Notes under the pieces: generated by a model
The model's input: only the letters and a program-made list of their open reading frames with translations
The model's database searches: none
What the model was told of the DNA's origin: nothing
Assembly: GCF_033153115.1 (NCBI RefSeq)
Contig: NW_026889803.1
Coordinates: 67,456,001-67,520,000, forward strand
Reading direction: 5' to 3'
DNA: 64,000 bases
Source: Saccostrea echinata
Taxonomy: Eukaryota
Position numbers and translations under genes: made by a program
Part shown: positions 25,950 to 38,409 of the stretch, one piece after another
Layout: each line of letters starts with the position of its first letter
Position numbering within the stretch: position 1 is the first letter of the stretch

Positions 25950-28610
25950 ATGAGCAGAGAAGAAAGCCTTCAACGGTTATTAAAGAAAATTAATAAAGGC
26001 AGTAGGGCACAAAATGTTTTGATTCTTGGTCAGTATGGCTCTGGGAAATCCACGTTTATCAATACAGTCTGCGCCAGTTTGTCCGGAGAATGGGAACCAC
26101 ATGCATACGCAGGACAATCGGGGGGTGAAGGTCGTCAGACGACATTTCACATCAGAATGTAAGTGGGGGGGGGGGGGGTCTATTATCTCCCTCATTCTCA
26201 TAATATTAAAATAATTTTGAACACACTTGGAACTTAGGAGTATTTTCCGTTCATGGAAAAAATTAAACTATTCTCGGACAGGATCGACACAGGGCGTTGC
26301 ATGTCGGGATGGTGGCGAAAAAAATTGCCAACTCTGATCGACACCCAAGGTTTTGAGGACAATCCGCAGGAAATCCACAGGACGCTCCTGGAGTGGCTGT
26401 TAAATGGTTATTTCTCTGACGGTGAGAGCATCAAAAAGGCTGCAGACGTTTACAAGTAAAGTTTGACGTTAATTGAGAGATAAATGATACAAATAAAATT
26501 TGTAGCTTGAATTAGTCCTGTATTTTAAGTTTTTAGAATTGATATTTCTTTGTACATCATATTCTAGACAAGTTCTGGAATTCACATCAGAAATCTTTTG
26601 CTATGTCCGCAATTATCATTATCAGCATAGACTAATATATTTCTTTTGAGGCCAATACATGGTTCTTTTGCTAATCTATTCTAGACGACTTGAAGCTTAT
26701 ATTAGTGTACATATTCACACTTACATGGACTGTAACAGTTCTTGAGGATTTGGTCACTCAAAGTATCTCGGAAAATAAAAGGTTTGTGCTCTGACTTTAC
26801 CAATACTTCATTTCATTGTAGAGATTTTGAAAAAGCCGGTCTCTCTGGAGAAAAGGGACTCCAAGCAAAATATGGTTTCTTCAAAAGAAGAAAAGTGAGG
26901 ATAGACAGAGTTGTCTTTGTAGCCTCTGCTTTGTCAAGACTTCCCCAGAACCTGATGGAATTGATACGAAACACAACCAACTCTCCTAACAGAGGTGACA
27001 GGCAATTTATTGGATTTAACCATTTTTATGGAGTTATCGCCCTTTATTGACATATAATTGATAGCTCATTCATGCATATAAGATTAGTATATTAATTTTG
27101 AGTGTCCAGTCCTCTTTATTAGAGTTACAGCTATAATAGATTTGCTCCAAGGGAACGCCATCAGTCTTGCTAGCCCTCGAAATTATCTATTTTGTTTTAA
27201 TGTACTTATTTAAAAATTCAACAACGTGCCTTTCTACAAATGTCTTTATTTTAGGATGTATTCAAAAAAAAAATAATTTTATTGTCTTAATTTGAAGAAA
27301 TTTATAGAAACTAAGGTATGAAATCTTTAAAGAACACCGACGAACATGTATAGGAAAATAAGCCAAACACAAGAAATATTGCAACAAATAATCATATAGA
27401 ACCTTATTCTCGTAGAGATCAACCCGCAGAATGATTACATATTGTCTTAATAGCTGGTTATGTGGTCTGTATAGCTATATCACTCTATGGGTATATTGTA
27501 TGTATAGATATACCACTCTATGGATATATTGTCTTTAAAGCTGTACCACTCTATGGATATATTGTCTTTATAGCTATACCACTCTATGAAAATATTGTCT
27601 GTAAGCTGTACCACTCTATGGATATATTGTCTGTATAGCTTTACCACTCTATGGATACATTGTCTTTATAGCTGGTTATGTGGTCTGTATAGCTATATCA
27701 CTCTATGGATATATTGTCTTTATAGCTGTACCACTCTATGGATATATTGTCTTTATAGCTGTACCACTCTATGGATATATTGTCTTTATAGCAATTCCAC
27801 TCTATGGATATATTGTCTTTATAGCTATTCCACTCTATGGTTATATCGTCTTTATAGCTATTCCACTCTATGGTTATATTCTCTGTATAGCTATACGACT
27901 CTGTGGATATATTGTCTTTCTAGCTATTCCACTCTATGGAGTGTTGACACATATGGACAAAGTTAATGAGAGAAGTGATGCCTTCCTCAGAACCAGAAGA
28001 GAGTTCCAGAATAAGCTGGGACTGACCGATGACCGATATTTACAGTGTACTAACTACTGTGACGACTTTTATTTCGAGGGACACAGCAGACATCAGACAT
28101 GTCTAGATATAGATATCCCCGTCATTGAATTTATGACCCAGGTAACCCTCCCACTACCAGAAGTATACATTTTATTTATTAATAAATACATGTAAAATAA
28201 AATAAACATCTTATAAATTGTATAAATTAACCCATTTCTTGTTGCATAAACAATTTTTTTTTAAAAAGTTGGAAATAACTGTTTGGTATTCTAATTATTC
28301 ATTGCAAATTTAAATATAATTGTAGATTTGAAACTTAATATAAAATTGTTGATATCAACAAGAGAAAAAGTTTGTCTTTCTTTTGAAGGTTTGTAACCCT
28401 GCTGCAATTGCCATTCATCACGAAATAACCCGGAGATACAACCCTTGCTTCAAAGCTGGATTTGTGATGTTAATAATATTTTCTCTAATAGTTTTGTCCA
28501 TATATTTTGCAAAACCTGATGATTTCACACACATAGACATCTTTTATTGTTTCTATAGCATTGTGATTAGGCAAACAATAAAAACTGAAGAGGAAAAAGA
28601 CAATAAATAA
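25950..28610 (+). CDS. IFI44-like P-loop GTPase with C-terminal hydrophobic segment, ~331 aa. Exons 25943/25950-26158, 26282-26455, 26822-26994, 27924-28141, 28389-28610; further 5' exons possible
   Basis: G1 GQYGSGKSTFIN, G3 DTQG, G4-like VLTHMD, and the TNY motif. Splice phases 2,2,1,0 all compatible. TM-like AGFVMLIIFSLIVLSIYFA. Confidence 0.85.
27440..27940 (+). repeat. 33-bp minisatellite made of the intron3/exon4 boundary (gatatattgtctttatag|ctataccactctatg)
   Basis: About 15 units. The last unit runs straight into GVLTHMDK. Confidence 0.95.
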
Positions 28611-29022
28611 ATTTTATGTGATATAGTTGCAATCAAAGCGTTTGCTCCTTATTTATTTTGTTAAAACTTAAATGTATTTTAAAAAGTAAATGCTCCCCCG
28701 ATTTGCCAGACTGACGTCTATATACTCAGCAGAAGATTACCAATGTAATGTCATCCGAGTCTGGTACCATAAGTGAAGACCCCTCTACAGGAGTTGCTAC
28801 ATGTCCCTGTTACTAATTATGTTTAACTATGGAGTTGTCTTTTTGCACTGAAAGACATACACTTGTATCTATTGTTTAATTACTGCCTACTGATTTTATG
28901 AGGTATCCAAGCTTTGAAAAAATAGATCCAATTTAAAAAAAGAAATCTTACCCTATATTGCTGACATTTGCTTTTTCAATAAAAATTGAACTTGTAAATT
29001 TACTTACCTTGTCATTGGTCAT

Positions 29023-29690
29023 TTGCAAAATTATTTTGCTAAAACACATTTTGATTGTACACGCAAGTACTCTGAAGTTGATATTAAAAAGATGCTTGAG
29101 TTTCAAATTGACAATATCTATGTAGTTTTTGGAGACCATGTGATCCAACAATCTGTTGGAATTTCCATGGGTACCAATTGCGCCCCGTTATTGACAGACC
29201 TATTTTTGTATTCATGTGAAGCAGAATTTGTTCAAAAACTTAAACATTAGAAGAAGAAGACACTTGCTGTGGCCTTCAACTGGACCTTTCGATATATCGA
29301 CGACGTATTATCAATTAATAATAGTTACTTCCATTCATATGTCGACTCGATATATCCCAGTGAACTTGAAATAAAAGATACCACAGAGTCTGATACATCC
29401 GTTTCATATCTGGACATTTTACTAGAAAATTAATGGTAACCTAACAACAAAACTTTATGATAAACGTGATGACTTCAACTTTTCTATCGTCAACTTCCCT
29501 TATATAGGTAGCAATATACCATTATCACCGGTTTAAAATATGACAGTTAAAATACTACCGAAGGAAAGGTTATATATGCTAACAGGGTCATTATAACGAC
29601 CATGGAATTTGCTGACTTCGAAAGAACTTGTTGAAATCCTTACAACATCAGCTTAACAGTCTGTGACCTGCCTCGGTTTAAAAATTGATT
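29023..29690 (+). mobile_element. Penelope-like RT core fragment followed by an inverted piece (~29575-29690)
   Basis: GISMGTNCAPLLTDLFLYSCE, FRYIDDVLSINN, TKLYDKRDDFNFSIVNFP. Confidence 0.85.
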
Positions 29691-31100
29691 GTAGATTTCC
29701 TGTTTTTCAAGCTTAAAAAGAAATAAAATACAGCATTGTAAACACTATGTTTCGATACCATAACGCCTGGAATATGAACGACATGGACACATTGTTTGAA
29801 AAAACATTGCCATTATTTTTCATTTTGCGATTCGATATTTCATTCATCGAATACCACAAAGGGAAATTATGTAACTACTGGTCGTTTACAAAGATTTCTC
29901 TATGTTATATTGAATTTTGAAAAATCTAATCATTTCTGATATTGATTAGAGATTTCAAGACAATTCATTCTAAAGTATACCCGTTTAGATGTAATCAGTT
30001 CTCAATACTTTTACTAAGAAGTTAAATTAGTATTTTTTCTACTCAAGTATTTCAAAGCTATTTTCTCAACTACCTGAACAGTCATACATAAGTTATAAAA
30101 GAATTGAAGAAGTGCTAGTGGATCCAAAAAAACACTCAAGGTAAGTAATATGATTTCCTATTGAAAATCATTCCTAACGTATAATAAAACCTCCTTCTTT
30201 ATCATACTTGACCAGGGTAAGGATTAGGGTTAAAGGAGAGACATTCTTGCACATTGCAATCAAATTTACAGTAACTGTTGTCAAATTCTTAATTATATTG
30301 AGATTTTTTTTCAGGCCTTTTCCGACTTACTTCCGACTTTAAAGTTGAAATATTTTTACAAATCACCAGCAACCAAGAAATTACATCCCTACAAACAATA
30401 GCTTTGTCAAAAAATCGATTTATTTGATTTTCTGTATAAATAAGTGAACAAAGAAAATACATCCCCATGAACCAGTGACAGTAAGGTTGCCTAGGAACAT
30501 TGAGCATTACGAATTGAAAAGATTCCACAATTCCTCTCTCTTTCTTATCTGAAAAAAATTTCGGTACAATTACTATACATGACTTAAAGTGAAGGAGTGG
30601 GGAGGGGGTATCAGCCAGCTTAGGAATTTAAGAATGATATTCCAAATTTCCATTAACACACGCGGCAAAAAGCTTTTTTTCTGAAAGAAAAGTTGCCCTC
30701 CCCCCTCCATCCCGATTGGAAACAAACTGTTCGCATTTCCAAAGATAAAAGGCACAAGGATTAATCAAATCTACTATGGATTGATATCTGATATCATATA
30801 AATGGGAAACAAATCTTACATATCAAAGAGAACATCTGCAATACCTAGAATACATCCGGGAAACGTACATAACACACAAAAAACATCATGAAGAATTTGA
30901 CGAGCTTTTTTGATAATTAAGAGAGAATTTATGTGAGGAAGAGTAAATATTTACGCCGATGGGATTTTTTTATTTGTGGACTGTATCCATTTCTGTATAA
31001 AATAACTGTGACTTACATTTTTAATACCAGACGATTGGCGAAGGAACAGCCACTAACCTAAGATTTTACAAGGCGCTTAGAATGAGAATCGAACCTGGAA

Positions 31101-31568
31101 AAACAAGCATTCTGAAAGTATTGCATTAGCAATACTAGTCCCCTACCGGCAAGTGTAATCTGGTTCCCGTTAAGAATTGAAAATGCCATAATTCCGTCAA
31201 AAATCAATGAAGCGGGGCGAAATACATAGTTGATCTATAACTAATCAAGGTAAAGTGACATACCAAAAATCAGCTCAATATCTGAAAGCGTTTAGAAGAA
31301 AATTGTGGAAAACCCCTAAAAATTGAAAAGGCCGTAATTCCGTCAAAAATCAATGAAGCGGAACGAAATGCTAACCTGATCTGTAACTCATCAAGATACA
31401 CTCACAAACCAAAAATTAGCTCAATATCTGCAAGCGTTTAGGAAAAAAGTGCGGAAAACCAAGTGGGGCAGACTGACAGACAGACAGACGGACAGGCAGA
31501 CAGACAGACGGACGGACAGACTCAGAGGAAACCTATAGTCCCCTCCGGTTTCAACGGTAGGGAACTAA
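31101..31568. mobile_element. pearl/CvA-type element with two ~146-bp core repeats and an (ACAG/ACGG)n tract
   Basis: 5' agtcccctaccgg and 3' hairpin agtcccctccggtttcaacggtagggaact. Cores at 31175 and 31321. Confidence 0.8.
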
Positions 31569-32084
31569 TAATTATAGGAATGTACCCATACATAAACTGT
31601 CTGCGACCGTTTTGTCATCAACTTGCCATATGAGGAGTTGTATGAAACCAGTGAAAGGAGTTTTATCATTTTAAGGTCAAAAGTCAAAGTTATATGCTTC
31701 AAACATATTGTGGTCAAAATATGTAAATAATTGCCAATTTAATTTCATTTAATTTCCTTAAACTTACTCACACATAGGTAATTACGGAAGAAACAGGCTT
31801 TTACTTTTGGGGGAGAAAGATCCAAAAATAGAATTTCTCAACATAGTTACAGAAATAACTGAGAGAGTGCACTCGTTCAATTTTAGTTTGCAGTTTTTAA
31901 AACATTTGTAGATCTATAGGAGGAATGCGGAGTGGCCAAAGGAGGAATCCTGTTGATTCCAATGGCCGCCTCCTTTCAGTGATGTTCAAGTCAGATTATT
32001 GCCTGTTTTATCAAAATATGCGAATTACAAGAAGTTTGTTAATGCTAGCATACACTTCATAGACATGAAATATGACGATAACTC

Positions 32085-32420
32085 AGTAAATCAAGCTCAA
32101 AAGTTTATTGGAACAATAGAAACTTGGAGTAGAGCAAAGACAAACCTCTAAAATCATCAGATGTGGGATCAGGTACCATAATACCATGACTTTGAGCTTG
32201 AATACTGCTCGTTATCTCCATATTTCATGAAGGAGTATGCATTCCCTGTCGGAAGGTCACACCCGCCGTGTATTCATTGTCATGATCGGGCAAACGGAAA
32301 AAGCCGTAGACAATTCATTGTGAAAAAAGTGGTCTAACAATTTGTATGAAAAACTTCAGTCAACAGCCGACTTAACATAGTTTGTATTTGCTAACAAGGT
32401 CATTGTATCGACCAAAGAAT
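32085..32420 (-). mobile_element. Penelope-like 3' fragment containing a small opposite-orientation 3' tip
   Basis: Family motifs present. 32189-32230 is the family's terminal ~42 bp in + orientation. Confidence 0.7.
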
Positions 32421-32779
32421 ATATGTCAATCATTAACATTTTGCATCTTGGAAAATTGTTTAGTGAATCATTGTTTGTCAAATTCATATCTTTGGTTTTC
32501 AGGAGTAAAACTCCTAAAGCTAAAACAATTTAGGGCATTAATAATTGTTGGCCATTGTAAAACTGTTTCTACAAAACAAATCCTTTAATGGAACCTTACG
32601 AGGATACATGTAATCAGTTCTACCTTCGATTCAAGCATTTTGAGACAATACATTCCATTGTTCAATACTCAATACTTTTGCAAAACGGGATAATTAGGTA
32701 TTTGTTCTACCCAAGTCTTTCAATGATATTTATTTTCATCAACTACCCGAGCATTCATGTATTCGTTAGAAAGCTTTAA

Positions 32780-33693
32780 GGAGGTATGCACTTGATAGTA
32801 TTGTTAGTTTTTCATGAAGTATATTTCTAATATCTACCATGATAAACAATTAAAATAGGAAATGGAAACAAGAGTGACACATGCCTTGTTTCTCAATGGA
32901 ATCCAGTTAAACTTGACTATTGTGCACTTAAAGAAAAGTTTTAAGAAATAAAATATTGATATAAACTACCGGTATTTGAAAATAATATTATAAACATAAA
33001 AATACGTTTTATGTAAATAAATTGAGAAGGATAATATATTATAAGTTCTGGTCAGAAGAAAAAAATCCCTGAAGTTTAACATATAAATCATGACCTTTTC
33101 GCACTTATAGATAAGAAAATGTAACATGAATGAAATATGTTTCTAAAATTAAGTGAAGGAGTAATGCCATTTTAAAAACTTCACATGAATATTATTGATA
33201 TATCTTCTATTTTGTGTATTTAAAACAAAAACATGGGGTCAATTTTCATTTCTTCAAGTGTTTAAGGTTATAAATAAAATTTTGACGAAAATTTTTTGTG
33301 AATTATTTTTTGTGAATGTAAGCCTTATGTATTTTTATAAAACATTGAATAGCTTAATTTTGAATTCCAAAAATAAAGATTTAAGTCTCTACTGTTTGTT
33401 CGATGTCTGAAAAAATAAATGTGCATAACGAATTACTTAATTTAGGAGATGTTAAAAAGGCACTAAAAGATTAAAAATAAGCAACTTTCTTTGCGTTTCT
33501 TGTTTGAAATCCTTTCGCCCGAAAAAAAAGTTCCCAAAAAATTCCTTCAAAATGCATGTAACTTTCTGTTTTTTAATAACATTTTGTTAGGTTGTAATTA
33601 TATTTTATGAATAGAAATATAAATATTATACTCTCATTTTTAAAGATATTAACCCTGTCACTTTGGAATCCAAATGCTAAGGAGCATACCTCC
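32780..33693. mobile_element. Kolobok-like non-autonomous DNA transposon, 914 bp
   Basis: TIR ggaggtatgc / gcatacctcc. TTAA TSD at 32776-32779 and 33694-33697. Confidence 0.85.
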
Positions 33694-34019
33694 TTAAGCA
33701 AGTGTTATTGGATTGAACATACGGTTAAGATAGGCTGAATTGTTTCTTCCTAAAACGTTTCCTAAGACTATCTTGATCCCTCCTTCTTCTTATCATATTT
33801 TCAAAAGAAATAAAAAAAATGGATATTTCTTCTACATAAAGAAACAAAGTGAATGACCTTGCCAGATTTCCCAGGTTTTTTTTTTTAAATTACATGTTCA
33901 ATTAAACTTTCCGTCAATGAGCATTTGTATGGCTTATTACAAGTATTGAACATGCATCTTTCAAAAAAAAAAAAAAAAAAAAAAAAATTTACCTTGATTA
34001 CTCAAAATTAAGTATTTAG

Positions 34020-36441
34020 AAATTCACCACGGACATAATCTTTAATGTTCTTACAGAATGGGAAACAAATCGTGTTGAAACTGAACAAGAATACGGAAAA
34101 AATCGAGAAATGGAAAATGAAAAACTTTGGGAGGATTTTATTAAGGAGCTAGAAGAGAATGTAAAGTCAGGAAATAAAGCAGATATCATAAACCAGTTCG
34201 TAAAGATAAATACCAGCGATGTTGAATCATTAAATAGAGAGGTACAAGAATATTTCAAAGGAGAAACACTTTTATACATCGCGATCATAAACGACGATTC
34301 TGATAACCTTTACTGTGTTGAGGAACTTCTGAAGGGCTTTCCCGACCTACTGACCATGAACAGACAGGGCACCGACTATAATGGCCAAACAGCTTTACAT
34401 GTCGCTGTAGAACAGAGCAATTTCAAAGCAGTTGAAATGCTTATAAGGTATGCTAAAAGCGGGAAAAGGACAGAAAAATTGTTTAGAATTTATGCCGATG
34501 GACAACAATTCCAGAACACCGTTCTAATGGGACAACTACATTTGTCGGTAGCGGCTCTCATGATGAAAGAGCAAGATTGTGTTGATACAGAGAGATTCAA
34601 AGCCGTTGTGCACAGGATCTTGTGGAAAAAAGAAGGTGATTCCTGCAGAAAAAAAAATATTTGAAACACTTCTGGCAGAGGGTGCTTGCATTTGAGAGAA
34701 AAATAGCCTTGGTGATACTGTATTTCATTCTTTGATCAAATACGGTGATGTATATCCTGAAAAAATTCTACACATCAAAGCCGCGTTTACTTATGTTTGG
34801 ATGAGATTTAGAAATGAAGCATAAAAAAAGTCTGACAGCTGCCCTTATGTCACTGATATTTTATTCTGGGAAAATAAAGAAGGGTTGACGCCTCTTCAAC
34901 TCTCTGCAAAACTTGGTGTTGGTGAAATTTTCGAGTACATTATTAATCTTTCGGATGTTTATTGTTTCCAAAATATGCAGGATGGCCTTTTCGACATACG
35001 AGTTTACGATGTAACAGAATTTGACAGATTAATAGAGTATTTAGAAGAACATGATAAACCAAAGATGAATATTAAAAAAAGTACGAACGAAAAATTACAA
35101 AAACAAGATAAATCAAAGAGGAATTCTGGAAAAGATATGAAACAAAAATTAAAAGAACGAAATAAATCAAAGAAGAAGCATGGAAAAATTACGATACTAG
35201 AACGTTTATTTGACCCACAATGTACTCAGAGAGAGGCCTTTGAAATCCTTAATCAAAAGTTAGTGCTATTCATTTTACAGAAAAAATGGATTACATATAG
35301 GCTTCCTTTATTCATCTGGCTGATAGTACATTTTTTGTTCATTTCATTCACAACAGTGACAACTGTGCAAAAATCGGTGGTTCTCATTTGCAGCAAAGAA
35401 AATCAAACTTCATGTGAAGTAAGTGAGAATGTCGATGCTGTTGGCGTTATGTTTCTTTTAATTAGGTTAATTTACCTCGCATTTTCATCTTTACTCATTC
35501 ATAAGTTAGTTGTCCGTTTGTATGACGGTGGATGTGGATTACTTTGGCATAATCTCGACTACATCATTTGTTTGACTGTTGTGTCCATGGGAGCTATCTT
35601 GGAATCTGCTTTGAGTTTTTTGCGCTTGCATTGGGATTATCATTTAATTTGTCTCTTGCTAGGTGGCTGGTATTTTATGCTTTACTTTTCACCTTTTCAT
35701 AGAAACATTGTTTCTTTCACATACATGATGAAATCTGGACTCGTAAAGGACTTCTTCCCCTTTTCTTTAACATTCCTCTTCATACTGGTGTCATTCACCG
35801 CATCCATGCATATACTTTTCCGAGGTATAAATGAACATCCGGAAGAATTCGATAATTTCAGAGATTCTCTTTTAACAATTTTTAAGCTTGGAGTCGGTCT
35901 TAATGACATCGATGTTCTTAATCAGTCAAGAATCCCATGGCTTGCTTATACATTATTCATACTCTTTGCAATTCTCTGCTTTATTCACCTTCTTAATGCC
36001 CTCATTGCAATTATATCTCAGACATTTTCTGATGTACATCAACAAAGAAACTCGCATCTTAAATACCAAAAATTGTGTATGATAGAGTTTTTTGAGGATA
36101 TCATACTTACTTCCTATTTCAAAAAAGAATGTTCCGTTGTTAGAAAAAGTACTGGACTGAAAGAGAGATCAAATATTACACAGCGGGTAAGCAAGTAAAA
36201 AGAATCCGATATTTAGCAACAATTCATTCACTTGATGATTCCTATTACAACAAAGATGATAAAGAGGAGAGAAAGAAATCTAAGTTTGACTTACCAAATG
36301 TTAATGACGTCATACAAAGTGAAAACAGCGTAAACTCTGAACAGGAAGTGATGAACGAGCAGGATGTAACATTTATTCGATTTCTGTAAAAAAATCGACA
36401 GATCTTCCCAATTTCCGGAGGTTCAACATTCCTCTACGTAA
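34020..36441 (+). pseudogene. TRPV-like channel copy 2, full-length ankyrin + 6TM core in one exon, multiply disabled
   Basis: GETLLYIAI, GQTALHVAV, TPLQLSAKLG, pore FKLGVGLNDI, LNALIAII. Frameshift at ~34655, stops at 34693, 34822 and 36387, frameshifts at ~36120-36150. Confidence 0.9.
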
Positions 36442-36624
36442 TTCTTTTGTTCAGTTTATTCTGTTTTAGAGTGCTTTAATTCAACACTGGGAGGAAAGTA
36501 ATTATATACTTAATTACATCAAAAATACATCTTAACTCGCAAAGTATATACTAATATATAAGGAGAAACCAATCATTGTACAAAACATTTTTTGCACTTT
36601 ATACTTGCATACATAATTGTCTAC

Positions 36625-36815
36625 GGATTTGTCCGTTTTCCCGATTATGACAAGGAGCACAAGGCGGGTGTGACAGGTCGACGGGGGATACTTATTCTCC
36701 ATGGCACCTGATCCCACCTTTGATGTTTTAAAGGTCCCTATTTGCTCTGCTCCTGATTTGTGTTGTTTTAATGGACTTTTGAGCTTGTTTACTGTTCGTT
36801 ATCTCCATATTTCAT
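36625..36815 (+). mobile_element. Penelope-like 3' fragment
   Basis: Family 3' end gcttgtttactgttcgttatctccatatttcat. Confidence 0.75.
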
Positions 36816-37740
36816 ATACATGTATGTCTCTTTCTATAACTACGTAGTGCAATGAAATAAATCGTGATAACTTTTCAATGATATGTAAGTTCGTGTATAT
36901 TCATGAACGCAAGTTTAAACACGGTTTAATGAATGAAAGATAATTATATTTTACTGTTGTTTAGAAATTTATACTGAATTCAGATGGATTGAATAGATTG
37001 TATGTGTATTCTACCTTTATCTTTATTCTGATTAAACAATGAATCATTGGTGTATATGTTATTTTGAATTGCAGATTTTACAATATTGTTTACGGAATGG
37101 AATGAACCATTTTTGACTTTATTTATGCCAATGAAACCAAGTGTTCACTAAATGATAAAATATATGGGCACAGATTTCCGCTTTACAACAGAAGGCAGCT
37201 TCGTTACAAACATTTTAATTCTCCTGGCCTTTCCATTCTGCCAATGAAAGTTAATATTCTCAAAATTAAGTATATCTTACGTTAAGCAGCAAGAAAAATA
37301 CTGGATTAGAAAAGTTGGCACTACTACTCTATATGGCTGCAATGACAATGTCGATTTGTCGCTAGCCTGGAGAACCTTTCAAGTCCACAGTGTAACAATG
37401 TGAAAGTGATGAGTCTTTTAAACAAAACGCAATGATGTAAGCTTAGTTATGGACATCGGTCTTACAACAAACCTAATATATTCATGATGTCTCTTTTGAA
37501 TCTCTTCTTCCTTGCGTCAGTACTGTTAGGTCTGCATCACCTTACACTGTTCCTTTTTAAAGTTTAATAAAGCCAACATGAAAAGGCTAGTAAGAGAGTA
37601 AAATACGTGGATACCTCAATATCAGAAGACAGACTGGATTCTGCGATCATGGATATTGCCAATCATAGACATTTTAAGCCCCCACGATTTACGGAAGAAA
37701 ATACTTCTCAAGAAATCCGTTTGTTCTTTAAACTAAAATG

Positions 37741-38024
37741 ACCGTTCACGGTAGCTCAGTCGGTAGAGCGCTTGCTCCGTGATTGGGAGGTCGTGAGTTC
37801 GGGTAGCAACTGTTCCTTTGCCATGCGCTCGGCACTTTGAAGTGAAAGTTGCGGGTCCTTCCGATGAGACCTTAAAGACCTAGTCCCCGTGTCACGGCAG
37901 GCGTTGGCACGATAGATTCCTCACTGCTCAATGGCCCTGAGTGCCGAGTAAAGGTCAAAATTTGAAGCCCTTCACCTGTATATGGTGACGTCTCTACATG
38001 CGTGAAAAATTCTCGATCGGGACG
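37741..38024 (+). mobile_element. tRNA-SINE ending at an assembly gap
   Basis: A-box ggtagctcagtcggtagagc plus the shared central domain. Confidence 0.8.
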
Positions 38025-38167
38025 NNNNNNNNNNNNNNNNNNNNNNNNNNNNNNNNNNNNNNNNNNNNNNNNNNNNNNNNNNNNNNNNNNNNNNNNNNNN
38101 NNNNNNNNNNNNNNNNNNNNNNNNNNNNNNNNNNNNNNNNNNNNNNNNNNNNNNNNNNNNNNNNNNN
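38025..38167. other. Assembly gap
   Basis: Run of N. Confidence 1.
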
Positions 38168-38275
38168 ACCAAAACACTGCATATCCTAAGTGTCGGATCT
38201 ACTAAGTAGATACAAGGTCACGGATGGATATTTATATAAAGCACTAAAAATGACCAACGACACGAATAAAAATAA

Positions 38276-38316
38276 TTGTCAAATTTTCGGGACGACCTGT
38301 CCCTTCCTTAGGACAA
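38276..38316 (-). ncRNA. Minimal type-I hammerhead ribozyme-like motif with a mutated core, probably in a Penelope pseudo-LTR (38168-38409)
   Basis: Minus strand UUGUC-CUAAGGA-A-GGGAC-aggUc-GUCCC-GAAA-AUUU-GACAA. Stem I UUGUC/GACAA, stem II GGGAC/GUCCC, palindromic mini stem III. Confidence 0.65.
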
Positions 38317-38409
38317 AGAAAAAATTTAAGAAATCATAAAACCAAAGGAAATAGAGAAACAAAAACAACTAGCACTACTAATAAACTACCAAACACTAAA
38401 TATTTACAG

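Noticed and set aside
27440-27940. CRISPR-like appearance of ~33-bp repeats (also 15072-15475 and 42048-42290)
   Set aside because: Head-to-tail units with no unique spacers, no cas genes, and a eukaryotic context.
27586-27966. TTLWIYCLYS-repeat ORF
   Set aside because: Alternative frame of the acceptor array; it is not the frame that continues into the GTPase.
37872-38205. ORFs containing X runs (also 54652-54918)
   Set aside because: Artefacts of N gaps.
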